A stretch of DNA of 63,976 bases, counting the filler. It is 5 parts of 5 records of this genome, joined end to end, with 100 filler letters (N's around TTAATTAATTAA, not from the genome) between each part and the next. Parts side by side here need not be neighbours in the genome. Positions count along the whole stretch, not along the records: positions 1 to 16,064 come from SRR20825010_163; 4 more parts are not named here. One strand, written 5' to 3'. Of this stretch, positions 1-9,936 are shown piece by piece; positions within the stretch are counted from its first letter, which is position 1; every line of letters starts with the position of its first letter. The translations under genes and the position numbers were made by a program. The notes beneath the pieces were generated by a model, which saw only the letters and a program-made list of their open reading frames with translations, made no database searches and had not been told where the DNA came from.

Positions 1-95
1 GCGCCTTCGCGGGCAAAGGCCCTGGCAACGGCGGCGCCAATGCCGCGGGACGCGCCGGTGATCACCGCAATGCGGCCGTCAAGAATGCCGGTCAT
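1..95 (-). CDS. SDR family NAD(P)-dependent oxidoreductase, 5' part (runs off window start)
   Basis: Manual translation from ATG at 95 gives MTGILDGRIAVITGASRGIGAAVARAFAREG, with the TGxxxGIG Rossmann motif; lies directly downstream of purF. Not in the ORF track. Confidence 0.85.
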   Translation of the reverse strand, partial: MTGILDGRIAVITGASRGIGAAVARAFAREG

Positions 96-120
96 GGAAC
101 TCTCAGCAGATTGGTTTGGG

Positions 121-1602
121 TCAGGAAGCCTCGGCCAGCAGGGAGAGCTGCCGGACGTTGGAGCCTTCGCTCTGATCGATCAGGGCGATTGGGTAATCGC
201 CAGTGAAGCAGGCGTCGCAATATTGCGGGTTATCATTGTTCCGGGAGGCTTCGCCCACGGCCTGATAGAGACCATCGTGTGAAATGAAGGCGAGACTGTC
301 GACACCGATCAACTCCGCCATTTCATCCACCGACATCTTGGAAGCCATCAGCTTTTCCCGCTCCGGTGTATCGACACCATAGAAGCAGGAATGTGTCGTC
401 GGCGGGCTGGCGATCCGCATATGGACCTCCTTGGCACCGGCGGCGCGCACCATTTCGACGATCTTGGTCGAGGTGGTGCCGCGAACAATGGAATCGTCCA
501 CCAGGATGACGCGCTTGCCCTTGAGCTGGGCTGTGTTCGCATTGTGTTTCAGCTTCACGCCAAGATGGCGGACATGGTCCGTCGGCTCGATGAAGGTCCG
601 GCCGACATAGTGATTACGGATGATCCCGAGATCGAAGGAGATACCAGCTGCCGCTGCATAGCCGATGGCCGCCGGAACGCCGGAATCAGGCACCGGGACG
701 ACGACGTCGGCCTCGACGTGGCTTTCCTTGGCCAGCACCGCGCCGATTTCCTTGCGGGCGTTATAGACGCTCTTGCCTTCCATCACGCTGTCCGGACGGG
801 CGAAGTAGATATATTCGAAGATGCAGAAGCGGCTCGGCTTGTTGGCGAAGGGTTTCAGTGACTGAACGCCTTTGCTCGTGATGACGACAACCTCACCCGG
901 TTCCACATCGCGCACATAGTCGGCGCCGATGATGTCGAGTGCGCAGGTCTCCGAGGCAAGGATATGTGCATCGCCCAGCTTGCCGAGTACCAGCGGACGA
1001 ACGCCGTACGGATCGCGGATGCCGATCAGCGAGTCGCGGGAGAGGCAGATCAGGGAATAGGCGCCGACGATTTTCTGCATGGCGTCGACCACCCGGTCCA
1101 GCACGGTGTGCTGCGGGCTGCGGGCGACCAGATGAATGATGGTTTCGGTGTCCGAGGTGGACTGGAACAGGCAGCCCTGGCGGACCAGACTGTCGCGCAG
1201 GTCGATGGCGTTGGTCAGGTTGCCGTTATGGCAGAGTGCCATGCCGCCGAATTCGAAATCGGCAAAGAGCGGCTGGACGTTTCGGAGATTGGCCCCGCCG
1301 GTGGTGGCGTACCGGTTATGCCCGATGGAGGCATGTCCCTTGAGCTGGTTGATGATCTTTGCCGATTCGTCGCCAAAGTTTTCACCGACATGGCCCAGTG
1401 CCCGGTGGGCATGGAAGTGGGTGCCGTCCCAGGAAACGATACCGCAGGATTCCTGTCCGCGATGTTGCAGGGAGTGCAGGCCGAGAGCCGTAAGGGCTGC
1501 AGCATCAGGAGCGCCAAAGACGCCGAAGACGCCGCATTCCTCATGAAGATGATCGTCGTCCCAATCGGGGGACCGGTCCAACGGTTGTTTCAGATCCGTC
1601 AC
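121..1602 (-). CDS. purF: Amidophosphoribosyltransferase
   Basis: Propeptide then CGVFG (Ntn Cys), QHRGQ, PRPP motif VILVDDSIVRGTT, Fe-S cysteines (CFYG, CDAC). Start moved to GTG at 1602 because AGGAGG lies 8 nt upstream; ORF track starts at 1728. Confidence 0.96.
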   Translation of the reverse strand: MTDLKQPLDRSPDWDDDHLHEECGVFGVFGAPDAAALTALGLHSLQHRGQESCGIVSWDGTHFHAHRALGHVGENFGDESAKIINQLKGHASIGHNRYATTGGANLRNVQPLFADFEFGGMALCHNGNLTNAIDLRDSLVRQGCLFQSTSDTETIIHLVARSPQHTVLDRVVDAMQKIVGAYSLICLSRDSLIGIRDPYGVRPLVLGKLGDAHILASETCALDIIGADYVRDVEPGEVVVITSKGVQSLKPFANKPSRFCIFEYIYFARPDSVMEGKSVYNARKEIGAVLAKESHVEADVVVPVPDSGVPAAIGYAAAAGISFDLGIIRNHYVGRTFIEPTDHVRHLGVKLKHNANTAQLKGKRVILVDDSIVRGTTSTKIVEMVRAAGAKEVHMRIASPPTTHSCFYGVDTPEREKLMASKMSVDEMAELIGVDSLAFISHDGLYQAVGEASRNNDNPQYCDACFTGDYPIALIDQSEGSNVRQLSLLAEAS

Positions 1603-1651
1603 GGCGACATCCTCCTGCCGGTTGCTGTCCATGGTACATTCATCGAAAGCG

Positions 1652-2320
1652 CTAATCCGTGCTCTCGATGACCTTCTCCAGTCCCCGACGTTGATCGGCA
1701 GTATACCCGTCGCCGTCCTTCGGCGCATCGGATTTTGCCGGCGGGCTGATCAGACGTTCGAAAAGCAGTTTTTCCGTTTGCTTGCGGGCATTCGTGCCGG
1801 CTGTCCCGGCGGCGTCCCGGAGTTTCGGCCGCAATTTCGGCGGCACGAGGCTGACAAGGGTTTCGGCCCCCTGCTCGACGAGAGGCAATGTGCGCGCTTC
1901 GGTTACCCATTGCGGATAGCCATCATCCTCGATCAGCCAATTCAGTCCGAGATAAAGCAAGCAAACCAGTACCGCACCACGGGCGATCCCGAAAAGGAAC
2001 CCGAGGGAGCGGTCAACGGCACTGAGGCCGCTGCCTTGTAACGCGGCCGCAACATAGTGGGTGACCAGCGACATTACAATGACCGAGACAACGAAAACCG
2101 CGATACCTGCCGCCAGATCGGCCATATCGCCCCAGCCCAGAAGCTGCCGGACATAGGGTGCGGCGACAGGGTAGAGGTAAAGGGCGGCAAAAAAGGCCGC
2201 GACCCACGATCCGATGGACAGAACTTCGCGGAAAAACCCCCGCGCGAAGGCGAGAATACCGGACAGCAGAACCACGGCGATGATCGCGATGTCGGTCGCA
2301 TTGACCGGCAGATTATCCAT
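1652..2320 (-). CDS. cvpA: CvpA family membrane protein
   Basis: RGFFREVLS and DRSLGFLFGIARG motifs, four hydrophobic segments, classic position upstream of purF. Confidence 0.92.
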   Translation of the reverse strand: MDNLPVNATDIAIIAVVLLSGILAFARGFFREVLSIGSWVAAFFAALYLYPVAAPYVRQLLGWGDMADLAAGIAVFVVSVIVMSLVTHYVAAALQGSGLSAVDRSLGFLFGIARGAVLVCLLYLGLNWLIEDDGYPQWVTEARTLPLVEQGAETLVSLVPPKLRPKLRDAAGTAGTNARKQTEKLLFERLISPPAKSDAPKDGDGYTADQRRGLEKVIESTD

Positions 2321-2323
2321 GGC

Positions 2324-3730
2324 TCACGCCTCTCCCGCTTTACGGCCGATATTGGTTTCGTCCTGGAACATGGCAACCAGGTCATGCAAATGCTTGATCG
2401 TGGCAAGAGTTAGGCTGCCATTGCGGGGCGCTTTTTTGTCACTCGACGAGCGGCGCGGTTCCGGCAGGATGGCGCGCTCGAACCCGAGCTTGGCGGCTTC
2501 CTTCAATCGCGCTTCGGCATGCGAGACGGCACGAATTTCCGCCGAGAGGCCGATTTCTCCGAATACGACGGAATTCGACGGAACAGGCTTGCCGGTCAGC
2601 GAAGAGAGCAGGGCGGCGGCAACGGCAAGGTCGGCGGCAGGTTCGCTGACTTTCAGGCCGCCGGCGACATTGAGAAACACGTCGCTGCCAGCCAGCACGA
2701 CACCGCAGCGTGCCTCAAGAACCGCCGTGACCATGGCGAGACGCCCGGAATCCCAGCCGATGACCGCCCGTCGGGGTGTCCCATAAGGCGAGGGGGCGAC
2801 CAGTGCCTGGATCTCGACCAGCAGCGGTCTGGTGCCCTCCATGCCGGCAAAGACGCAGGCACCCGAGACATTGTCCTGGCGGTCGCCGAGGAACAGGGCG
2901 GACGGGTTGGTGACTTCGGCGAGACCGATTTCGGTCATCTCGAAGACGCCGATCTCGTCGGTCGGCCCGAACCGGTTCTTCACACCGCGCAGGATACGGA
3001 ACTGGTGGCCGCGCTCGCCTTCGAAATAGAGCACCGTGTCGACCATGTGCTCAAGCACGCGGGGGCCGGCGATGGTGCCTTCCTTGGTCACATGACCGAC
3101 CAGCAGCAGCACGATGCCGCGCCGCTTGGCAACACGGATAAGCTCCTGTGCCGAGGCGCGAACCTGGGAGACCGTGCCGGGCGCGCTGTCGATGGCATCC
3201 ACATACATGGTCTGGATCGAGTCGATGACCAGAACGTCAGGCGCATCCTCACCGTCCATCGTGGTGACGATGTCGCGCACGCTGGTGGCGGCAGCGAGTT
3301 GGACGGGTGCCTCGGCGACACCGAGACGCTGGGCGCGCATCCGCACCTGATCCAGTGCTTCTTCACCGGAGACATAGGCGCAGCGGGAGTTTTCGGAGAG
3401 TTTGGCCGTCACCTGGAGCAGCAGGGTGGATTTACCGATGCCGGGATCGCCGCCGATCAGCACGACGGAGCCTGGAACCAGACCGCCACCGGCGACCCGG
3501 TCGAACTCGGCGATATTCGTGACCCGGCGTGGCGATTTCTTCGAGCTTCCGGAGAGGCTGACGAAGTCGATCTTCCGGCCCTTCGCCCCGCCGAGACCCT
3601 TCGGTGCGGCTTTCTCGACGACTTCTTCGATCAGGCTGTTCCAGGCGCCGCAGGCGTCGCACTTGCCGGACCATTTCGGCTGCACGCCGCCGCATTCCTG
3701 GCAGACGTAGCGGGCTTGGGTTTTTGCCAT
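2324..3730 (-). CDS. radA: DNA repair protein RadA/Sms
   Basis: N-terminal CxxC...CxxC zinc finger, Walker A GDPGIGKS, KNRFG motif, Lon-like C-terminal domain. Confidence 0.97.
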   Translation of the reverse strand: MAKTQARYVCQECGGVQPKWSGKCDACGAWNSLIEEVVEKAAPKGLGGAKGRKIDFVSLSGSSKKSPRRVTNIAEFDRVAGGGLVPGSVVLIGGDPGIGKSTLLLQVTAKLSENSRCAYVSGEEALDQVRMRAQRLGVAEAPVQLAAATSVRDIVTTMDGEDAPDVLVIDSIQTMYVDAIDSAPGTVSQVRASAQELIRVAKRRGIVLLLVGHVTKEGTIAGPRVLEHMVDTVLYFEGERGHQFRILRGVKNRFGPTDEIGVFEMTEIGLAEVTNPSALFLGDRQDNVSGACVFAGMEGTRPLLVEIQALVAPSPYGTPRRAVIGWDSGRLAMVTAVLEARCGVVLAGSDVFLNVAGGLKVSEPAADLAVAAALLSSLTGKPVPSNSVVFGEIGLSAEIRAVSHAEARLKEAAKLGFERAILPEPRRSSSDKKAPRNGSLTLATIKHLHDLVAMFQDETNIGRKAGEA

Positions 3731-3744
3731 CGCGTGTGCTCCGC

Positions 3745-4533
3745 TCAGGCTTTGCGTGCCACGAGTTCAATCGGACCGTCTTCGAGACCGTTGATGAACT
3801 GGTGCACATAAGGATTGCCGGAAGTGTCGATCCCGGAAGTAGGGCCCTGCCAGATGATCTTGCCGTCATAGAGCATGGCGATGCGGTCGCCGATCCGGCG
3901 GGCACTGTCCATGTCATGGGTGATGGTGAGCGCGGTGATCTTGAACTCCTGGACGCATTTGACGATCAGCTCGTCGATGATGTCGCCCATGATCGGATCG
4001 AGGCCGGTGGTCGGCTCGTCGAAGAAGACCACGTCCGGCCGGGTGGCGATGGTGCGGGCAAGGGAGGCGCGCTTGCGCATGCCGACGGAGATCTCGCCCG
4101 GATACATCGCCGCGACACCCTTCTCCAGCCCGACCTGGGCCATGAAGTCGAAGGCGATCTCATGTGCCTGCTTGCGGGGCATGCCCTGTGCTTCAACCAG
4201 CCCGAACGCGACATTCTCGAGCACGGTCAGCGAGTCGAAGAGGGCTCCGGCCTGAAACAGCAGCCCGAAGCGGTTCATGATGCCGTGCCGTTCGGGCGGG
4301 GACATCGACAGCACGTCGGTTCCATCGATCTCGACCGTGCCGCCATCCGCGTCCATCAGACCGGTAATGGTCTTGATCAGCACGGATTTTCCCGTACCGG
4401 ATCCGCCGATCACAACCACGGATTCCGCATCCGCGATATCAAGATCGAGGCCACGCAGCACATGGTTGGGACCAAAGGATTTACGGAGACCCCTGATACT
4501 GATCTTGGGAGATGATGCCGCGGGTTCGGCCAT
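3745..4533 (-). CDS. mlaF: ABC ATPase, MlaF/Ttg2A/Mkl family
   Basis: GGSGTGKS Walker A, FQAGALFDSLTV, FFDEPTTGLDPI, ITHD; adjacent to an MlaE-type permease. Confidence 0.88.
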   Translation of the reverse strand: MAEPAASSPKISIRGLRKSFGPNHVLRGLDLDIADAESVVVIGGSGTGKSVLIKTITGLMDADGGTVEIDGTDVLSMSPPERHGIMNRFGLLFQAGALFDSLTVLENVAFGLVEAQGMPRKQAHEIAFDFMAQVGLEKGVAAMYPGEISVGMRKRASLARTIATRPDVVFFDEPTTGLDPIMGDIIDELIVKCVQEFKITALTITHDMDSARRIGDRIAMLYDGKIIWQGPTSGIDTSGNPYVHQFINGLEDGPIELVARKA

Positions 4534-4549
4534 TGCGATTTCCTGTCGC

Positions 4550-5323
4550 CTAGCGGGCGAAGAACAGTTCGGTGATGAGGTAGTTGGAGATCAATATCAG
4601 TATCGAGGCGGAGACGACGGCATTGGTTGTTGCCCGGCCGACACCCTGGGCACCGCGCCCGGAGTGATAGCCGTGATAGCAGCCCATGAGCGCGATCAGG
4701 AAACCGAATACAGCGGCCTTTACCAGACCGGAGACCACATCCTGGACTTCCAGAAAGTCGAACGTGCTTTTGAGGTAACTCCCGGCATTGAAGCCGAGCT
4801 TGTGAACGCCGACGAGATAGCCGCCGAAGACGCCGATGATGTCGCCGATCAGAACCAGAAAGGGAAGGCTGATAATGCCCGCAAGCACGCGTGGCACGAC
4901 AAGGTATTTATATGGGCTGGTCGACAGGGTGGTCAGGGCGTCGACCTGCTCCGTGACCCGCATGGTGCCGATTTCCGCGGCCATTGAGGCGCCGATTCGG
5001 CCGGCGACCATGAGACCGGCAAGCACCGGGCCGAGTTCCCGGGTCATGGATAGCACGACCACGGTGGCAATCGCGCTTTCGGCATTGAACCGGGAGAAGC
5101 CGGTATAGCTCTGCAACGCCAGGACCATGCCGGAAAACAGGGTGGTCAGGCCGACCACGGGCAAAGAGTAATACCCGATATCCACCAGCTGACGGCCGAG
5201 CAGGCGCCAATAGATCGGCGGGCGCACGCAATGGCCGAGGGTGATCCCCGTGAACACGGACAGCCGCCCAGTGGCGGCGAGAAAGCCGAGAAAGGTCCGG
5301 CCTATAGCGGCAAGGAAATTCAT
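4550..5323 (-). CDS. mlaE: MlaE family ABC permease
   Basis: RELGPVL, AEIGTMRVTEQVDAL and GAQGVGRATT motifs. Confidence 0.92.
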   Translation of the reverse strand: MNFLAAIGRTFLGFLAATGRLSVFTGITLGHCVRPPIYWRLLGRQLVDIGYYSLPVVGLTTLFSGMVLALQSYTGFSRFNAESAIATVVVLSMTRELGPVLAGLMVAGRIGASMAAEIGTMRVTEQVDALTTLSTSPYKYLVVPRVLAGIISLPFLVLIGDIIGVFGGYLVGVHKLGFNAGSYLKSTFDFLEVQDVVSGLVKAAVFGFLIALMGCYHGYHSGRGAQGVGRATTNAVVSASILILISNYLITELFFAR

Positions 5324-5370
5324 GCGTGTGAGGTTCCTGTGCGTGAGCCGGGCATTTCGGTTGGCATCAT

Positions 5371-6507
5371 TCAGCTCTCTCCGCTCACCGCATCAATGTA
5401 GCGTCGGGTATAACGATGACCAAGGCCTGTCAATATTTCATAGCCGATGGTCCCGGCCGCATCCGCCGCATCGTTCACCGTGTAGTGCGGCCCCAGCAGG
5501 TCGACAAACCCGCCGGGGTGAAGGTCCGCCGGGTCAGCATCGCTGACATCGACTGCGAGCATGTCCATCGAAACGCGTCCAACGACAGGCAGCCTGAGAT
5601 CCCCGAGATAGGCTGCACCCTTACTGGACAAGGCGCGCAGGTATCCGTCCGCATATCCGACAGCAACGGTGGCAATGCGTCCGTCCTTGCGGACCTTGTG
5701 CGTGCCGCCATACCCGACCGTGTCTCCGGCTTTCACGTCACGGATCTGGAGTACACGGGCGGACAGCCGGACCACGGGGGCCATCGGGCTTGGCTCGCCA
5801 TCCTTCACGCGCCCGCCATAGAGGGCGAAGCCAGGCCGGGCGAGATTGAAATGATAGTCCGGTCCGAGAAAGATTCCGGCCGAGTTGGCGAGACTGGCCT
5901 GCATTCTTTGCTGCAGATGAGGAAGCTCTTCCCGGAACCGTTTAAGCTGCGCGGCGTTTGACGGATCCGCCGGATCATCCGCGCTGACGAGATGAGACAG
6001 GGCATAAAGCCAGTCAGGACCATCGAGCATATCCGGCTCTTCGGAAACCCGTCTCATATCGCCGGCAGTCAGGCCGAGCCTGCTCATGCCGGTGTCGATA
6101 TGCAGCATGGCGGGGAGCGCGCGACCCGCCTTGACGCACATCTGGCGGATCCGGGAGATCTGCCCGAGATCGTTGATCACCGGGATCAGGCCGTATTCCG
6201 GGAAAACCTCCTCGGTGCCCTGTAACAGACCGTTCAGAACGGCGATCCGGGCATCGGGAAGCAGTCCCTTCAGGGCGATGCCTTCATCGACCGTGGCAAC
6301 GAAAAATGTCCGGCACCCGGCTTCGAACAGGGCCGGTCCAACCCGGTCCATGCCGGTTCCATAAGCATCCGCCTTCACGGCCGCACCGCATTCGACGCCG
6401 CCGAGCCGCTCTTTCAGATCGAGATAGTTCTGTTTGATCGCGCCGAGATCGATCAGGAGTTCCGACGCGGCGCCGGAACCGTTGATCGCCGGGAGGGTGT
6501 CGAGCAT
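5371..6507 (-). CDS. alr: Alanine racemase
   Basis: PLP-lysine motif AAVKADAYG, HIDTGMSRLG, GYADG, GRVSMD, GTIGYEI; start overlaps the dnaB stop. Confidence 0.95.
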   Translation of the reverse strand: MLDTLPAINGSGAASELLIDLGAIKQNYLDLKERLGGVECGAAVKADAYGTGMDRVGPALFEAGCRTFFVATVDEGIALKGLLPDARIAVLNGLLQGTEEVFPEYGLIPVINDLGQISRIRQMCVKAGRALPAMLHIDTGMSRLGLTAGDMRRVSEEPDMLDGPDWLYALSHLVSADDPADPSNAAQLKRFREELPHLQQRMQASLANSAGIFLGPDYHFNLARPGFALYGGRVKDGEPSPMAPVVRLSARVLQIRDVKAGDTVGYGGTHKVRKDGRIATVAVGYADGYLRALSSKGAAYLGDLRLPVVGRVSMDMLAVDVSDADPADLHPGGFVDLLGPHYTVNDAADAAGTIGYEILTGLGHRYTRRYIDAVSGES

Positions 6508-8018
6508 TAGAAATTGTCCGGGATATGATCGTCAGCGACGAAGTTGGAAAAGCGGGTCGTTGCGCCTTCGAAGTGCAGGGTCACTGTGCCTGTCGGACCG
6601 TGCCTCTGCTTGCCGATGATGACTTCAGCCTTGCCGTAGGACGTTTCGCAGCGCTCTTTCCACTGGTCATGACGATCATGGAATTTCTCATCGGATTCCT
6701 CGATGCGCTGCGCCGGTTCGCCCTTTTCCAGATAGTACTGTTCGCGGAACACGAACATGACAACGTCCGCATCCTGCTCGATCGAGCCGGACTCACGAAG
6801 GTCGGCAAGCACCGGCCGCTTGTCTTCGCGCTGCTCGACCGCGCGGGAGAGCTGGGAGAGAGCGATGACCGGCACTTCCAGTTCCTTGGCAATCGCTTTC
6901 AGGCCCTGGGTGATCATGGAAATTTCCTGCACCCGGTTATCTGTGCGCTGGCCGACGGAGGGACGCATCAGCTGCAGGTAATCGACCACGATGAGGGACA
7001 GTCCCTGCTGCCGCTTCAGCCGCCGTGCCCTGGCCCGCATGGTGGCAATGCTGATCGCCGGCGTGTCGTCGATATAGAGCGGCGCGCGCTCCAGATGCTG
7101 ACTGGCCGCAACCAGCTTCTGGAAATCCTCGGTGGTCAGCTCGCCGCGCCGGATATGCTCCGAGGAAATCTCGGTCTGCTCGGCAAGAATACGGGTGGCG
7201 AGCTGTTCGGCCGACATTTCCAGCGAGAAGAAGGCAACAACCTGCCGTTCCAGCTCCGGATCCTTCAGCGATGCGGTCGCCACATGGAATGCGATGTTCG
7301 TCGCCAGCGCCGTTTTACCCATGGCGGGCCGTCCGGCGAGGATCAGAAGATCCGACGGGTGCAAACCGCCGAGCTTGGCATCGAGATCGGTGAGGCCGGA
7401 AGATACACCGGCGAGGCCGCCATCGCGCTTGAAGGCCTCTTCGGCCATCCGGACCGAGTTGGTCAGAGCTTCTCCGAAATCCTGGAAGCCGCCCTGACTG
7501 GAGCCACGTTCGGCGAGGCCGAACAATTTCGATTCCGCTACTTCGATCTGCTCCGTTGCCGGCAGGTCGAGATCGTGCTGATAGGCCTCGTTGACGATTT
7601 CGCCACCGATGTCGATCAATTCGCGCCGCAGGTAAGTGTCATAGATCGCCTGCCCGTAATCATCGGCATTGATGACCGTGACGACGGAGGCGGCAAGACG
7701 GACGAGATACTGGGCGCCACCGGCTTCCTGCAGGGACTCGTCCTGATCGAAGAGAGCTTTCAGGGTGACCGGGTTGGCGATCTGGCCTTTTTCGATCAGC
7801 CGTCCGCAGGCAGCGAAGATCCGGCCATGCACCGCATCGGCGAAATGTTCGGCGGCAAGATATTCACTGACCCGCTCAAACGCGCGGTTGTTTACAAGGA
7901 CAGCTCCGAGCAGACCTTGCTCCGCCTCCATATTGTGGGGCGGCTCGCGGTATGCGCTGGTTTGCGGTTCAGCGAGCGGGAGTGATGCAACGGTGGAAAC
8001 TGGCTCTGAATTTGACAT
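6507..8018 (-). CDS. dnaB: Replicative DNA helicase
   Basis: EAEQGLLG N-terminus, GRPAMGKT, FSLEMS, VDYLQLM, LSQLSR, DLRESGSIEQDAD, KQRHGP; no intein. Confidence 0.97.
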   Translation of the reverse strand: MSNSEPVSTVASLPLAEPQTSAYREPPHNMEAEQGLLGAVLVNNRAFERVSEYLAAEHFADAVHGRIFAACGRLIEKGQIANPVTLKALFDQDESLQEAGGAQYLVRLAASVVTVINADDYGQAIYDTYLRRELIDIGGEIVNEAYQHDLDLPATEQIEVAESKLFGLAERGSSQGGFQDFGEALTNSVRMAEEAFKRDGGLAGVSSGLTDLDAKLGGLHPSDLLILAGRPAMGKTALATNIAFHVATASLKDPELERQVVAFFSLEMSAEQLATRILAEQTEISSEHIRRGELTTEDFQKLVAASQHLERAPLYIDDTPAISIATMRARARRLKRQQGLSLIVVDYLQLMRPSVGQRTDNRVQEISMITQGLKAIAKELEVPVIALSQLSRAVEQREDKRPVLADLRESGSIEQDADVVMFVFREQYYLEKGEPAQRIEESDEKFHDRHDQWKERCETSYGKAEVIIGKQRHGPTGTVTLHFEGATTRFSNFVADDHIPDNF

Positions 8019-8061
8019 TGCCTACACATACCAAGAAGGGCTGTGGACGTCTTCTGCAATC

Positions 8062-8125
8062 TTATCCACAAGCCGTGATATATCAAAGACTTATACTTGT
8101 GGATAAAGCAGGATAACGGGGATAA
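8062..8125. promoter_or_regulatory. DnaA-box cluster with embedded IHF consensus site
   Basis: Perfect TTATCCACA at 8062-8070 and its reverse TGTGGATAA at 8098-8106; degenerate GCAGGATAA (8108-8116) and CGGGGATAA (8117-8125); TATCAAAGACTTA (8081-8093) matches WATCAANNNNTTR. Confidence 0.7.
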
Positions 8126-8165
8126 GTGTAACCGGAGCCGTACATTTCAACGGCTTCGGGGTGTG

Positions 8166-8200
8166 AAAAAGAAAACGGCCACCCGATGGGGCGGCCGTTT
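8166..8200 (-). terminator. Intrinsic terminator after rplI
   Basis: Minus strand AAACGGCCGCCC-CATC-GGGTGGCCGTTT followed by TCTTTTT. Confidence 0.75.
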
Positions 8201-8233
8201 CCGGACACGGTATCTGGAGAAGAATCGCGAGGC

Positions 8234-8827
8234 TCAGGCCTCTTCGGTTTTTTCTTCTTCAGCAGCCTCTTCAGCGACTTCTTCGGTCGCAGCGGGAGCG
8301 GCTTCGACTTCATCTTCGTCGTCGAAATCGTTCTCTTCGCTGCCGACGGCGCGGCCGAGAAGTTTCTGCTGTTCCGCTTCATCCGTGCTGCGGGCGATGT
8401 TCACGGTGATGTTCACCGTGACTTCCGGATGCAGCACGACGCGGATTTCCTCGAGGCCGAGGACTTTCAGCGCACGGTCAAGAACGACCTGACGCTTGCT
8501 GATGGTGACGCCTTCGGCAGTTGTCGCTTCGGCAATGTCACGGGACGTGACCGAGCCGTAAAGCTGACCGCTGTCGCCGGCGGCCCGGATAATCGGAACC
8601 ACCAGACCGTCGAGCTTCTTGGCAACCTGTTCGGCTTCTGCCTTACGGTCGAGGTTTTCCGCTTCGAGCTGGGCGCGCTGGCCTTCGAAGTGGGTCAGGT
8701 TGTTCTTGTTCGCACGCAGGGCTTTACCCTGGGGCAGCAGAAAGTTGCGGGCAAAACCCGGCTTTACAGTAACGACGTCGCCCATCTGGCCGAGACGTTC
8801 GATACGCTCCAGAAGAATGACTTCCAT
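8234..8827 (-). CDS. rplI: 50S ribosomal protein L9
   Basis: [35 protein letters not shown]; acidic C-terminal tail. Confidence 0.97.
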   Translation of the reverse strand: MEVILLERIERLGQMGDVVTVKPGFARNFLLPQGKALRANKNNLTHFEGQRAQLEAENLDRKAEAEQVAKKLDGLVVPIIRAAGDSGQLYGSVTSRDIAEATTAEGVTISKRQVVLDRALKVLGLEEIRVVLHPEVTVNITVNIARSTDEAEQQKLLGRAVGSEENDFDDEDEVEAAPAATEEVAEEAAEEEKTEEA

Positions 8828-8900
8828 TTCTCTTACTCCTTAAAGGCCGAAGCCGTTGCCGCGTTGCCGCGGTGCAGGCCGGTTCCGGCCAGGGTCACGT

Positions 8901-9875
8901 TCAATTCGAATTCCGTGCGATCCGGCCCTTCAGGTCCGCCCAGTGATCGACCAGCCCTGCGAAAACCAGCAGGATCCAGACGAATTGCAGGACAGGCAGC
9001 ACAAAGGACAGGATCATCAGCGTATAAGTCACGTGCAGAAGCCAACGCTTGCCATTCAGGGGCGCGGCAAGGGCGTGTATCAGCCCCAGCCCCGAAAGGA
9101 AGAATGGCAGACACAGGATTGGCACCGCGTTCCATCCGAGATAACCGAGCGTCCCGTCCGTGACCGCTGCCAGCAAGGCGGCAATCGCGAGCGGAAAGGG
9201 CGCCCAGTTCGGCAGACGGATATCCCGCATGTCGGGCGAAGGCCTGAGGTTGGCATTGAAACGTGCAAGCACGCCCTGAGCCAACAGACCATTGACGAGG
9301 ATCATCGCCGCCCATTGTAACCCGGCAACACCGGGAAACACGGCGATGGTCAGTTCCCGGGCAGCGGCAAGCTGTTCCGGAGGCAGGGCCAGTGTCCCTT
9401 CGAAGGCCGTTCCCATGGCTGAGAAAAGGGCCTCGACTTCCATCCTGACGATGGCCTCGAGACCTTCCCCCTGTAGGCTCGCGACCACGATAGCTGTCAG
9501 CAATCCCGCAGCGGGGAGAGCCGTCAGCCACATGGCCAGCATGCCGGGAGGAAACCATTCGAGGTCCGCATTCTCCTGATTCTCGTCCAGAGGACGTGCC
9601 AGCAATGCCTGCCGTGCAAGCAGGACCGCGGGCAATCCGCAGAAAATCAGAAAAAACAGCGCGGCCAGGCCGTTGGCAGCGAACAGCACAATGGCGCTCC
9701 CTGCCAGCGACGCTGCCATCCCCGCACCCCACCCGCGCCCGAGGGCGATGGCGAACAGCGGGAGAGGAGACAGGAACGCAAGCAGAATCGCCCCAAACGA
9801 TCCGAGGATCGTGGAGAGATACATGAGCGCGCTTGCGATTGCCGCCGCTCCGATGGGTAACCACCTGGACCACAT
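8901..9875 (-). CDS. DUF2232/YybS-like polytopic membrane protein
   Basis: About 8-9 hydrophobic segments, LSPLPL and GLGLIH motifs, position between rpsR and rplI. Confidence 0.7.
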   Translation of the reverse strand: MWSRWLPIGAAAIASALMYLSTILGSFGAILLAFLSPLPLFAIALGRGWGAGMAASLAGSAIVLFAANGLAALFFLIFCGLPAVLLARQALLARPLDENQENADLEWFPPGMLAMWLTALPAAGLLTAIVVASLQGEGLEAIVRMEVEALFSAMGTAFEGTLALPPEQLAAARELTIAVFPGVAGLQWAAMILVNGLLAQGVLARFNANLRPSPDMRDIRLPNWAPFPLAIAALLAAVTDGTLGYLGWNAVPILCLPFFLSGLGLIHALAAPLNGKRWLLHVTYTLMILSFVLPVLQFVWILLVFAGLVDHWADLKGRIARNSN

Positions 9876-9936
9876 CTTGCCTCGTCAAGCCCGCAAAGCG
9901 GGCGTCGGCGTTAATCCCGTTAGCTGAGCACGCTCT

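Noticed and set aside
6525..7985. 486-aa antisense ORF over dnaB (likewise 2519-3811, 3604-4515, 8186-9163, 62500-63465)
   Set aside because: Shadow ORFs from GC-rich codon bias, opposite well-supported genes and with no motifs.
8833..9888. 351-aa alternative-frame ORF over DUF2232
   Set aside because: Arg/Gly/Cys-rich off-frame composition; the hydrophobic 8901-9875 frame is the credible gene.
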